Below the pieces are notes generated by a model. The model was given only the letters and a program-made list of their open reading frames with translations. It was not told where the DNA came from and did no database searches. From an uncultured Gemmatimonadales bacterium (GTDB taxonomy: Bacteria > Gemmatimonadota > Gemmatimonadetes > Gemmatimonadales > GWC2-71-9): DNA of 64,000 bases. Numbering within the stretch: position 1 is the first letter of the stretch; the number at the start of each line of letters is the position of its first letter. A program made the position numbers and the translations under genes. Positions 18,314 through 28,900 of the stretch are shown here, piece after piece. Where the stretch lies: assembly GCA_963771275.1 (NCBI GenBank), contig CAVYSW010000003.1:1664001-1728000 (forward strand). The letters are read 5' to 3'.

Positions 18314-19693
18314 ATGACGAGGTGGACGTACGGCGCGGCGCTGTCCGCCGCGCTGGCGTGCGGCGCGCTGGCGGCGCAGCAGGCCCCCGGCGGTGACGCG
18401 ACGCTCGCCACGCGGCGGTTCTATCGGGCCGATGGGACGACGGCCGTCGAGGGGGTCTGCCGCGTGCCGTTCGCCATGCTCGAGCAGGTTCGCGGGGGCG
18501 GCGAGGCATTCGCGGCATACCGCGTGGCGCTCGTGGTGCGGGACTCGACGGGACTCGCGTTGACCGAGCAGTCCTGGTCGCAGCAGGTCCCTGTGCCGAT
18601 GCTGGCGATGGCGGGCGCGTCCGCGGGAGAGCAGTTCCGCTTCGCGCTCAACCCGGGACGGTACATGGTCGAGGTGAGCATCACCGACTCCGCATCCGGG
18701 CGGGTGGCGCGGACCACGACGGAAGTCACGGCATTCCGCGGGCGGCCGCTCGCCTCGGACCTCCTGCTGAGCGGAGCGATCCGGCAGGGCGGCGACTCGG
18801 TGCCGGCGGCTCCGGGAGAGGTCCGGCGCGGCGGTTTCCTCATCGCCGCGCAGACCGAGCCGGTGTTGACGCCGTCCAACACGCAGCTGTTCTACTACGC
18901 GGAGCTGTATCCCGGGACGGCGGCCGATGCGGAGCTCATAGCCCGGGTCGTGACGCCCGACGGGCGCCAGATCGTGGAAACGCAGCCAGAGAGCGTCCAC
19001 GTCGAGCCGGCGGGGGTGGTCACGAGCGGGGTGGACGTCGCCGGCCTGCCGGCGGGCGCCTACCGGCTGGAATTGGCGGTGCGGCTCGGCGACAGCACGG
19101 TCATGCGCTCGGCGCCGTTCCGGATGGGGGGGTTCGACACCGAGGCGGCACTCGCGCGCGTGGCAGGTCAGCGCGCGGCGGACATGCTCGCCTCCATGAC
19201 CGAGGACCAGTTGGACACGCTGTACCGGCCCCTGGTCTACATCATGGAGTCCGGCGAGCGCGGGGTGTACGAGGGCCTGTCACCGGAAGGAAAACGCAAC
19301 TATCTGCGCTCGTTCTGGCGACGGCGGGATCCCACGCCGGCCACGCCGGCCAACGAGGCGCAGGAGGACTATTACCGGTTGGTCGCGTACGCGACCCGGG
19401 CGTACCGCGAGGGTGGCGCCGGAGAGGTGCCGGGCTGGCGGACCGATCGCGGACGGATCTTCCTGCGGTACGGCGAGCCGGACGAGACGCTCAAGCGTCC
19501 CCAGGCCGGCGCGACGCAACCCTATGAGGTGTGGAAGTACACCCACGGGCGGTTCAGGAAGTTCGTGTTCTACGACGCTACGGGGCTGGGCCACTACGAA
19601 TTGATCTACACGGACGAGCAGCGGGAGCCGAGCCGGTCGGACTGGCAGCAACTGCTGGGGCGGGAAGCGGTGCTCGACGTGCAGCGGTTTTGA
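18314..19693 (+). CDS. GWxTD domain-containing exported protein
   Basis: FWRRRDPTPATPANE, GWRTDRGRIFLRYGEPD, PYEVWKY; signal peptide AA|Q. Confidence 0.9.
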   Translation: MTRWTYGAALSAALACGALAAQQAPGGDATLATRRFYRADGTTAVEGVCRVPFAMLEQVRGGGEAFAAYRVALVVRDSTGLALTEQSWSQQVPVPMLAMAGASAGEQFRFALNPGRYMVEVSITDSASGRVARTTTEVTAFRGRPLASDLLLSGAIRQGGDSVPAAPGEVRRGGFLIAAQTEPVLTPSNTQLFYYAELYPGTAADAELIARVVTPDGRQIVETQPESVHVEPAGVVTSGVDVAGLPAGAYRLELAVRLGDSTVMRSAPFRMGGFDTEAALARVAGQRAADMLASMTEDQLDTLYRPLVYIMESGERGVYEGLSPEGKRNYLRSFWRRRDPTPATPANEAQEDYYRLVAYATRAYREGGAGEVPGWRTDRGRIFLRYGEPDETLKRPQAGATQPYEVWKYTHGRFRKFVFYDATGLGHYELIYTDEQREPSRSDWQQLLGREAVLDVQRF

Positions 19694-19728
19694 CGAACGA
19701 CACGTCCACTCGAATGAGCGAGGATCGC

Positions 19729-20766
19729 ATGCAACGACATCTCTTGGGGCTGGCAGCTCTGGCCGTGGTGCTCGGGGCCGCGGGCTGCGTGAAGGACCCG
19801 ACGAGCGGCTTGGCCGGCACTCCCACGCGGATTGTCGCCTCCTACGCGAAGCTGCTGATGACGGAGGGGGACACGGTGCGGGTGACGGCCGAGCTGCGTG
19901 ACGAGCAGGGTGCCCCCCTGAACATCATGCCCGTGGCTTCCGCTCCGACGCCGGCGGTTGTGGACGTCGTGGACCAGGAACAGGCCTCGCCGCAGCCCTA
20001 TCTCCAGTTTGACGTTGCGGGTGTCGCGGCGGGCGCGGGCATCATCGTCCTGTCGTATGAGAACCTGGCGGACACGATCACCGTCGCGGTGTTCCCGGTC
20101 GTGTTCGACGGCGCCGTGGCCGTGAAGACCGGTGGCCAGCTCGACACCGTGACCATCGCCGCCGGCAGCGTCGTGTCGTTCGACCCGGCCGCGACCACGG
20201 TGACGATCGATGGAGAGCCCGCGCGCATGCTGACGGTGACCGCCGACGCGATCACCGCGATCGCGCGCAATACCGGCGCCGTCGCCACCGCCCAGATCAC
20301 CATCGACAACGTGGTGTTCCTGGCCGGCACGTCCGACGAAACGCCGATTCAGTCAATCGACGCCGAGGCGACGCCCGCCATCCGGGGCGAGAGTACCGAG
20401 CCCGCCAACAACGATCCGGCAACCGCGCCGACCGTGGCGGCGGTGAACGGATTGGTCGAGGGGCTTATTTCCAGCACGGACGCCGACGACTTCTGGGCGT
20501 TCACGCTGGCGACTCCCGCGGATGTCACGATCGAAGTCTCCTTCGATGATGACGGCGGCTCGCCCGATATCGACGTGTACCTGCTTGGTCCAGCCCCGGT
20601 GGGCGACAACTACTGCGATCTCGACGGGTGCAGCATGGGGACGGGGGCGCAGCCGGAGGGCGGCACGTTCACGCTTCCCGCCGGCACCTACTACGTCGAC
20701 GTCGAGTGGTTCGACGACGGCGACGCGACGGGACCGTTCTACTACAAGCTGAAGGTGACGACCTAG
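19729..20766 (+). CDS. Lipoprotein with Ig-like region and C-terminal PPC-like (pre-peptidase C-terminal) domain
   Basis: Lipobox GAAG|C; EPANND, DADDFWAF, DIDVYL, LPAGTYYVDV; strongly acidic. Confidence 0.7.
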   Translation: MQRHLLGLAALAVVLGAAGCVKDPTSGLAGTPTRIVASYAKLLMTEGDTVRVTAELRDEQGAPLNIMPVASAPTPAVVDVVDQEQASPQPYLQFDVAGVAAGAGIIVLSYENLADTITVAVFPVVFDGAVAVKTGGQLDTVTIAAGSVVSFDPAATTVTIDGEPARMLTVTADAITAIARNTGAVATAQITIDNVVFLAGTSDETPIQSIDAEATPAIRGESTEPANNDPATAPTVAAVNGLVEGLISSTDADDFWAFTLATPADVTIEVSFDDDGGSPDIDVYLLGPAPVGDNYCDLDGCSMGTGAQPEGGTFTLPAGTYYVDVEWFDDGDATGPFYYKLKVTT

Positions 20767-20796
20767 CGCGTACCAACGGCGCGCGCCAGTCGGAAA

Positions 20797-20835
20797 ACCG
20801 CCCCCGGGGGCCGCGTTTGGCTCCCCGGGGGCGGT
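20797..20835. terminator. Probable bidirectional intrinsic terminator
   Basis: accgcccccggggg...ctccccgggggcggt stem with an A-run on one side and tgtgtt on the other, between convergent genes. Confidence 0.75.
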
Positions 20836-20871
20836 GTGTTCCTCCCGCCGGGTGACCGGTCCCGCGGTCCC

Positions 20872-21780
20872 CTACGCCGCGGCCTCCCGCCGCCCTCCTC
20901 CGAGCCACACCAGCACGACCAGCGCGACCCACACCAGCGCACCCACAGCGCCATGCGCGACCCGGACCGGCATCGGCAGGTGTTGCAGCACCATGATTGC
21001 CGCGATGGTGACCTGCGCCGCCAGCAGACCCAGCACGAGCCAGAGCGCTGCCATGAAGCCCTCGGGCTCGTGCCGCCCCCGGCCCCGGGCCACCATCCCG
21101 ATCACGTGCAGGAAGAGCCCGTAGGCGATCAGGCGGTGCATCCAGTGGACGTGTGCCAGCCCGCCGCCCGCGGACGGCCACAGGCGGCCGTCGCACAGCG
21201 GAAAGCCGCTGCAGGCGAAGCCCGCGCCGAGATTCGCCGTGAGCGCGCCCAGCAGCAGCGCGACCGCCGCCATGACGGCGGCGACCACCGCGCTGCGCCA
21301 GGCCGGCGCGGAAGCCGGCGCCGCGGGGCCGGCCACGATCCGATGGGCTCGCAGCGCCGCGACGCACAGCGCGGCCAGCAGCGCCATCGCGTTCGCGAGA
21401 TGCACCACCACGACCGCCGCCGGCAGCTCGAGCCAGACCGTGACGGCGCCGAGCAGGCTCTGAACCACGAGCAGCACGGCGGCCAGCACCACCGGGCGAA
21501 GTACCCCACCCGGGCCCGCCACACCCGGCGCGCCGCGCCTGAGCCAGGCCGTGAGAAACAAGGCCGCGACCAGGACGCTCAGGCCCAGCACCGCGAGGCG
21601 GTGTCCCCACTCGATCATCACCGGCAGGTTGTCGAGCGGGGGAATGATGTGGCCGTTGCACAGTGGCCAGTGATCGCCGCAGCCCAGGCCGGAGCCGGTG
21701 ATCCGGACGATCGGGGAGAGCGCTACCAGGAGATAGCCGAAAGCCGCGGTGGCCGTGGCGAGGGCACGAAGGGATCGCAT
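20872..21780 (-). CDS. ctaA: Heme A synthase (COX15/CtaA family)
   Basis: GSGLGCGDHWPLCNG, IEWGHR, second CSGFPLC loop, HWMHR, eight TM segments. Confidence 0.85.
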   Translation of the reverse strand: MRSLRALATATAAFGYLLVALSPIVRITGSGLGCGDHWPLCNGHIIPPLDNLPVMIEWGHRLAVLGLSVLVAALFLTAWLRRGAPGVAGPGGVLRPVVLAAVLLVVQSLLGAVTVWLELPAAVVVVHLANAMALLAALCVAALRAHRIVAGPAAPASAPAWRSAVVAAVMAAVALLLGALTANLGAGFACSGFPLCDGRLWPSAGGGLAHVHWMHRLIAYGLFLHVIGMVARGRGRHEPEGFMAALWLVLGLLAAQVTIAAIMVLQHLPMPVRVAHGAVGALVWVALVVLVWLGGGRREAAA

Positions 21781-21863
21781 GGGCGAAAAGGTCGCGAACG
21801 GTGCGCCGCGGGACAAGCGCCGGGCCGCTTGTGACCCGCCCCGGCCCGTGCTAGTCTAGCCCG

Positions 21864-23237
21864 ATGTCACAGACCCCGTCCGATCCCTGGGGCGAACGGC
21901 TGCCCCGTCGCCTCGGCCTGCTCAGCGCCTGGGCGGTCGTCGTCGGGTCCACCATCGGCAGCGGGATCTTCCGGACGCCCGCGGTCGTCGCAGGGCGCAT
22001 CGACGTGCCGGCGCTGTTCGTCTCGGGCTGGCTGCTCGGCGCCGTCCTGGCGCTCGCCGGGGCGCTCACCTACGCCGAGCTCGCCGCGATGTACCCCCGG
22101 ACCGGCGGACTCTACGTCTACCTCCGCGAGGCGTTCGGCCGGCTCCCCGCGTTTCTGTTCGGCTGGGCGGAGCTGCTGGTGATCCGACCCGCGGCCTACG
22201 GCGCGATCGCGATCACGTCCGCCGAGTACTTCTGGCGCCTGGCCGGAGTGGACGGGGGGACCGCGGTCGCCTTCCTGCCGCTCTCGCTGGCGCAGGTCAC
22301 GGCGGCCGGTCTCATCATCCTCGTCGCCGTCGTGAACTACCGGGGCGTGCACCTCGGCGCGATCGTGCAGAACGCCAGCACGTTCTTCAAGGTCGCGGCA
22401 CTGGGGCTCCTCATCGTGCTGGGATTCGTGCTCCCCCACCATCCCGCGGCCGCCCCTGCCGCCGCTGCCGCTGCCGCCGCTCCTGCCGCCCTCGTTTCCC
22501 CCGTCGCCGGGTTCGGCGTGGCGCTGGTGGCGATTCTCTGGGCGTATGACGGCTGGGCCGACCTGTCGTTCATGAGCGGCGAGGTGCGCGATCCGCAGCG
22601 CACGCTGCCGCGGGCCCTGCTGCTGGGGACGGGCACCGTCGCGGTGCTCTACCTGAGCGCGATCGCCGTGTACTGGTACATCGTGCCGCTGGCCCAGATG
22701 CCGGGCTCGCCGCTGATCGCCGCCGACGCGGCCCAGGCGATCGTCGGGCGCGCCGGCGTGGTGTTCGTCTCGCTCGCCATCATGGTCAGCACCTTCGGCA
22801 CGCTCAACGGCTCGATGATGACCGGACCGCGGATCTTCTTCGCGATGGCGGAGGACCGGCTGTTCTTCCGCCGCCTGGCCGACGTGCATCCGCGCTTCGG
22901 CACACCGTCCCTGTGCATCGTGCTCGCCGCGGTCCTCGGCGTGATCTACGCCTCGATCCGCCAGTTCGCGCAGCTCGCCGACCAGTTCATCATCGGCATC
23001 TGGCCGTTCTACGCCCTCGGCGTGGCGGCCGTGTTCGTGCTGCGGCGCCGCCGCCCCGACGCCGAGCGGCCGTACCGCGCCTGGGGCTATCCCGTGGTGC
23101 CGCTGCTGTTCCTGCTGGCGTCGGTGTACCTGCTCGGCAACTACATGATCACCGAGCCCAAGGTGTTCGTGGCCGACCTGCTCGTCATCTTGGCCGGCAT
23201 CCCCGTGTACGCGATCTGGGGGCGCCGGGCGGGGTAG
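21864..23237 (+). CDS. APC family amino-acid permease
   Basis: GSTIGSGIF, YAELAAMYPRTGGLYVYL, WAYDGW, GEVRDPQRTLPRA, RPYRAWGYP. Confidence 0.93.
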   Translation: MSQTPSDPWGERLPRRLGLLSAWAVVVGSTIGSGIFRTPAVVAGRIDVPALFVSGWLLGAVLALAGALTYAELAAMYPRTGGLYVYLREAFGRLPAFLFGWAELLVIRPAAYGAIAITSAEYFWRLAGVDGGTAVAFLPLSLAQVTAAGLIILVAVVNYRGVHLGAIVQNASTFFKVAALGLLIVLGFVLPHHPAAAPAAAAAAAAPAALVSPVAGFGVALVAILWAYDGWADLSFMSGEVRDPQRTLPRALLLGTGTVAVLYLSAIAVYWYIVPLAQMPGSPLIAADAAQAIVGRAGVVFVSLAIMVSTFGTLNGSMMTGPRIFFAMAEDRLFFRRLADVHPRFGTPSLCIVLAAVLGVIYASIRQFAQLADQFIIGIWPFYALGVAAVFVLRRRRPDAERPYRAWGYPVVPLLFLLASVYLLGNYMITEPKVFVADLLVILAGIPVYAIWGRRAG

Positions 23238-23316
23238 CGACGTCCGACGGACCGATCGTCCCGCAGCGCGTCGGCGTGGCTCTGCTCGCGCGGCTGGTCG
23301 GGGGCTCGGGCGAACG

Positions 23317-24399
23317 CTACGTCGGTGCGCGAAGCAGCAGGACCAGCCCGGCGATCCCGAAGGCGATGTTGGGCACCCACGCCGCGAGTACCGGCGGCAG
23401 CAACCCGCCCGCCCCGATGCCTTCCGAGAGCTGCACGAGAATCAGGAACACGACGGTGGTGAGCAGGCTGATGGCGATGCCGATCGCCCCGCTCGCCTTT
23501 GGGGCCGTGACGGCGAGCGGCGCGGCAAACAGGGCGATGACGACGCAGGTGAACGGAATCGCGAGCTTCAGCGCCTGACGCACACGCAGCCGCCGGCCGT
23601 CCCCGCCGGATCGCTCGAGATCGTCGATGTAGCGGCCCAGTTCGGCGTAGCGCATCTCCTTCGGCACCTTCGGCTCGACGAGGAGATCCGCCGGGGTCTG
23701 GGTGATCGAGCGCTGGACCAGCGAATCGAACCCGAACGTCTCGGTCGCATCGGGACCCGTCACGACGCGGAACTGCGGGCGCGCCAGCACCCAGCGGTGC
23801 GTCGAGTCGTCGAACCGCGCGCTCGGTGCCTCGACGACGAGCGTCGGGTACGCCGGGCCGGTGCCTTCGCGCTCGAGCACGAGGTCGCGCAGCATGTTCT
23901 GTCGGACGTCGAGCGCCCGGACGGCGTACACCCATCCCTCGTCCGCGCGGTACACGAACGAGTAGCGCGCCGGCGTGGAGCGCATCTCGCGCTCGCCGAG
24001 CAGCTCGAGCTGCCGGGTGGTGGCGACCGGCGCCCACTCGCCCACCACCAGGGTGGCGAGGGACGCCAGCACGGCGGCGCCCAGCACGGGCGCCACCGTC
24101 CGGCGCGTGCTGCGGCCCGACGCCCTGGCCGCGGTGAGCTCGGAGTGGCGACTCATCGCGCCGAGGCTGAACACCGTGGCGAACAGCACCGCCGCGGGCA
24201 GCACCTGGAAGATCTGGTCGGGCAGGCTGTACGCGTAGCCCAGCGCGATGGCTTTCGGCGCGATGCCGCGCGACAGGTGGACGTCCAGCGCGTCGGTCAG
24301 CTGGAACGCGATGACCAGGAGCGGCAGGCCGAGCGCGGTGACGAGCAGCACGCGGGCCCACTCGCGCAGCAGGTACCGGTCGAGGATGGCGCGTTTCAC
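23317..24399 (-). CDS. lptG: LPS export permease, LptG-like
   Basis: ILDRYLLRE start, SELTAARASG, KLAIPF; tandem with the lptF-like gene (GTGA overlap). Confidence 0.8.
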   Translation of the reverse strand: MKRAILDRYLLREWARVLLVTALGLPLLVIAFQLTDALDVHLSRGIAPKAIALGYAYSLPDQIFQVLPAAVLFATVFSLGAMSRHSELTAARASGRSTRRTVAPVLGAAVLASLATLVVGEWAPVATTRQLELLGEREMRSTPARYSFVYRADEGWVYAVRALDVRQNMLRDLVLEREGTGPAYPTLVVEAPSARFDDSTHRWVLARPQFRVVTGPDATETFGFDSLVQRSITQTPADLLVEPKVPKEMRYAELGRYIDDLERSGGDGRRLRVRQALKLAIPFTCVVIALFAAPLAVTAPKASGAIGIAISLLTTVVFLILVQLSEGIGAGGLLPPVLAAWVPNIAFGIAGLVLLLRAPT

Positions 24400-25865
24400 G
24401 GGCCGGCCGCCCTGCGGGCTCCGCGGCGACCGAACCACCGTGGTTTCGCCGCCGTCCGGCTCTGATACAGCAGCACGAGGCCGGCGAGGCCGAACAGGAC
24501 GTTCGCCGTCCACAGAATCCACGGCGGCGCCACCAGGCGGTCCGCCAGCGACTCGCCGGCGATCAGCACGATGTAGTAGAACCCGGTGATCACGAAGCCG
24601 ACGCCGAGCACCAGTCCCAGGCCGCCCCGCGGGAACCGGATGGCGGTCGGCACGCCCACCAGCACGAATACGATGCACGCGACGGCGATCACGTACTTCT
24701 TGTGCACCTCCACCAGGAAGTGGACCGCCCGGACGGCGGATTGGCGCGCCCGGTCCTGATAGGTCCGCAGCTCCGTCGCGCGGAGGTTGGGGCTGCTGCT
24801 CGCCCGCTGGACGCGTGGCACGACGGCGGGCTTCGTGAAGCGCGCCAGACTGTCGTACACCAGCCGCGGCGGCTGCTGGGCCTGCAGCTTGGGCGGCAGC
24901 AGCCACGCGGCCCAGCGCTCGAGCGCGGCGCAGTAGGCGCTGCGTCGCGGCGCGGGCGGCGTGGTGTCGGGCGGCAGGTCGGCGAGCCCCACCAGCGAGC
25001 GCAGTCCGTTGAGTCGCACGGCGGCGGCGCGCCGGCTCGCCAGCACCCCCTCGCGCCGTGCGGCGTCGATCGACTCCTCCATCTCGCAGATGCTCATCTC
25101 GCGGTCGGACTTGTACGGGTCGACCAGCGTGCGCCGCAGCTCGTTGCCCACCCCCCGGACCCGCACCAGGTCGCGCGCAAACGCGACCTGCTGGAACATC
25201 TTGGGGTTCGAGTGGTCAAACTCATGCATGACGCCGGAGAACAGCGTGAGATTCAGGTCCTGCTGGTCTTCCGTCTGGCTGAGGTACCCGCTGTCCGCAT
25301 AGATCACGCGCTTTCGGTCGTTGGCCAGGTCGTAGATCGTCACGTCGTGGAGCGCGTAGCTCGCGCGGTCGATCGTCGAGGCCCGCAGGAAGAACTGACC
25401 GGGTCGCACCTCGTTGATGACCTGCTCCTGGAGGATGAAGGTCGGCTTCTTGCGGTAGATATCCGAGTACAGCGTGCGCAGGCGATGGTTCGAGCGGGGC
25501 AGCACCTGGTCGTTGAACGCGAAGGACACGAGCGTCAGCACCGCGCCGGCCACCAGCAGAGGGCGGAGGACGCGCCACAGGGAAACGCCCCCCGCGCGGA
25601 GCGCCGTGATCTCGCTGTCGCCGGCGAGCCGGCTGACGCTGAACAGCACGGCGACCAGCACGGCGATCGGGAACGACAGGGCGAGGATGAACGGGATCGA
25701 CAGCGCGAACACCTCGACGATCACGCCCACGGGCAGGCCCTTGCCCAGCAGGTCGCCGATGCGCTTGGCGATCTGGTTGAGCAGCATGATGCCCGTCACG
25801 GCGCCGAGCGCGAACGCGAACGGGCCCGCGTGGATGCGGATCAGGTAGCGGCTGAGCAGTGACAT
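24396..25865 (-). CDS. lptF: LPS export permease, LptF-like
   Basis: LSRYLIR start, RLAGDSEITALRAGG, VEVHKK, periplasmic beta-jellyroll-type middle region. Confidence 0.8.
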   Translation of the reverse strand: MSLLSRYLIRIHAGPFAFALGAVTGIMLLNQIAKRIGDLLGKGLPVGVIVEVFALSIPFILALSFPIAVLVAVLFSVSRLAGDSEITALRAGGVSLWRVLRPLLVAGAVLTLVSFAFNDQVLPRSNHRLRTLYSDIYRKKPTFILQEQVINEVRPGQFFLRASTIDRASYALHDVTIYDLANDRKRVIYADSGYLSQTEDQQDLNLTLFSGVMHEFDHSNPKMFQQVAFARDLVRVRGVGNELRRTLVDPYKSDREMSICEMEESIDAARREGVLASRRAAAVRLNGLRSLVGLADLPPDTTPPAPRRSAYCAALERWAAWLLPPKLQAQQPPRLVYDSLARFTKPAVVPRVQRASSSPNLRATELRTYQDRARQSAVRAVHFLVEVHKKYVIAVACIVFVLVGVPTAIRFPRGGLGLVLGVGFVITGFYYIVLIAGESLADRLVAPPWILWTANVLFGLAGLVLLYQSRTAAKPRWFGRRGARRAAGP

Positions 25866-25885
25866 GGACCCTGCAAGTTATCAGC

Positions 25886-25914
25886 TTGTATGGCCTTGCG
25901 CGGAAAACTATATT
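25886..25914 (+). promoter_or_regulatory. Putative sigma70 promoter for sprA
   Basis: TTGTAT-N17-TATATT in the short AT-richer divergent gap. Confidence 0.5.
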
Positions 25915-25960
25915 GCGCCTCCTCGCCTCATCCAGGGCGTACCCCCCTCTCCCGGTGAAC

Positions 25961-28900
25961 GTGCCGCGCCTCGCTCCCACCGCGCTGCTGATCCTCGCCC
26001 CGCTGCTGGCTCCCGGCAGCGCGGGGGCGCAGGGAGCGGGCGACAGTCTCCCGCGGATCACGCTGCGGCTCGCGGTGCCCCCCCTCAGCGCGCCGCCGAT
26101 GGCGGAGCTGCGGCCGGGCGGCGTGCTCGGTCTCCGGGTCCCGGCCGCGCTGGTGGGGGCCGCGTGGGAGGCGGCGACCCGTCGGCTGATCGCGGCGAAC
26201 CGCGAGGCACGCCGGGAGGCGCCGTGGGAGCCGGTCTTTCCGGAGGCCGAGATCCCGAAGGCGGCACCCCCGCCGCCGCCCTTCGCGCTGAGACCCCCGC
26301 AGCAGGAGGCGCCGCCAACGCCCGGCACGATCGAGGCGCTCGGCCGCTACGCCGATCTCGGCCTGCAGCTCCACGCGCGGTTCGAAATGAAGATGGACCA
26401 GTTCCGCAACCTCCGGTGCACCGCCGCGGACGTGATCAACCCGGTATCGGGGTGCCGGGGCGGGTTCCCGACGCCGTCCCTCGACCAGCAGTTCGACGTG
26501 CGGGCGGGCGGGGTGGTGGGGGACCGCGTGCACGTCAACGTGGACTACGACAGCCAGCGGGAGTTCTCGGCCAACAACGACATCCACGTGTACTACGAGG
26601 GTCTCGAGGACGAGATCCTCCGCCGCGTCGAGGTCGGCAACGTGACGTTCGCCGGACCGGCGTCGCGCTTCATTACCGCCGCGATCCCCGCCAACTCGTT
26701 CGGCGTCCAGGCCGAAGCGCAGCTCGGCGCCTTCGAGTTTCGCTCCATCATCGCCCAGCAGAAGGGCTCGCAGGTCCGCACCCGCGTCTACACGGTCGGG
26801 GAGCAGACCACGGAGCCGGTGGATCGCGAGCTGCGCGATCTCGATTTCGAGGTGGGCCGGTTCTTCTTCGTCGTCAAGCCGAGTCTGGTGCCCGGCTTCC
26901 CGGACGTGGACGTGCTGGCCCTGACGCCCGATCTCGTCCCGGGCGACGTGCGCCCGCAGCAGGTGCGCGTCTACCGGTTGCGCGCGCAGAGCGCGCAGAA
27001 CCCGAACAACCCGAACCTCGGCGGCATCACGGCCGTCGCGCTGCGACCGGACGGGCCCCAGCGGGTCGGGCCGTTCCCCTGGGAGCTGCTCGTCGAGGGC
27101 CGTGACTATTACCTCGATGCGACGGGCCTGTGGTTCGCGCTGGGAACCAGGGTGGGCGACCAGGATTTCCTCGCCGTCTCGTACATCACGGCCTCGGGCG
27201 ACACGGTGGGTACGTACCCCGCGGTGAACGGCACGCTCGACACGCTGGAGCTGATCTACGAGCCCCGCCGCGGGCCCGACGCCGCCACCTACGCCTACGA
27301 GATGCGCAACGTCTACCGGCTCGGCAGCAGCGATCTCAACCGGACGAGCCTGGCCCTGTCCCTGGTCGTGAACGAGTCGGAGCGGCCGCTCGACGGCCGG
27401 GGGACCTACCTCTCGCGGCTCGGGATTGCCCTGGCGTCGGACGAGTCGCGGCTCGACGAGTTCAATCGCGTGTTCCCGCGCGACCGCGACCCGAACCAGG
27501 GCGCCCCGATCCGCGATCTGTTCCTGATCTTCCCCAATCTCCGGCCGTTCGGAGACTCGACCCGGCTGGCGACCGCCGAGCGGAACGACTCGTTGTACCA
27601 GACGCCCACCTACCTGCTGGCGAGTCAGGGGCCGCCGCCCCGGTTCCGGTTGCGGTTGCACTACGACGCCGTCGGAGGCGGAGACCGCGGCACGCTCGCG
27701 CTCGGCGCGCTGCAGATCCGCGAGGGCAGCGAGAAGCTCTATATCGGCAACGAGCAGCTGGTGCGCGGACGGCAGTACCAGATCGACTACGCCGTCGGGC
27801 AGGTGACGTTCATCAACTCCGACTCGCTGTTCCGCGGCCCCACGCAGGTCCGCGCGCAGTTCGAGGAGAACCAGCTGTTCGACGTCGCGCCCAAGAGCAT
27901 TCTGGGACTGTCCTCGACCTACGATTTCGGCGCCCACGGCCGCCTCAACGCCATCGTGCTGAGCCAGCAGGAGAGCAGCGTGCTCACGCGGCCGCAACTG
28001 GGCTTCGAGCCCCAGTCGAATTTCCTGGGCGGGCTCAGCACCGAGCTCGATTTCCGCCCCGACATCGTCACGCGGGCGCTGAACGCCCTGCCGCTCATCT
28101 CCACGTCGGTCCCGTCGCACCTCACGGTGAACGGCGAGATCGCCATGTCGCGGCCCAACCCGAACAAGGCGGGCCAGGCGTATCTCGAGGAGTTCGAGGG
28201 CACCGCCGCCCGCCCGCTCTCCCTCATCGAGAACGCCTGGACGACGGGCAGCCGGCCCGAGTCGGGCCGGGGCCTCGCCCCGCCGTACCTGTCGCCGCTC
28301 GGGGGGTTCGCGGACGCGGATGCGGTGCCCCTGGTGTGGCAGAATGCCATCCAGATCGGGAACCAGGCGCTCCAGTTCGAGCCGCGCGACATCGATTCGA
28401 GCATCGTCCTGACCGGCGCCGCCCGCGAGCTCGAGACGGTACTGTGGCTCTCGCTCAAGCCCGACACGATCGGCGGCGCGCCCGATCCGGTCACCGGGGC
28501 GCCACGCTGGTATCGGCCGCACACCCCCGGCCCCCGCTGGCGCAGCATTGCCCAGTCGCTGGGCGGCAGCGGCCTCGGCATCGATCTGTCGCGCGTGGAA
28601 TACCTCGAGTTCTGGGTGCTCGAGGACGCCGACCGCAAGGCCAAAGGCGACGGCGTCACGCTGCTGTTCGATTTCGGCACGGTGTTCGAGGACGCCGAAG
28701 CGTTCGGACCGGATACGCTGCGTGTGAGCGGCGCGGACACGGCATTCAGCGGCTTCCAGTTCATCGGCCGGGGGAAGCTCGACACCGAACGGGACACGCT
28801 CACCGGCGTGTTCAACGCCACGGTGAACGACGTGGGCGTGCTGACGGACCTCCTCCCCAGCGTGGTGAACGGCGCGACGGGCGAGACGCTCACCAATCTC

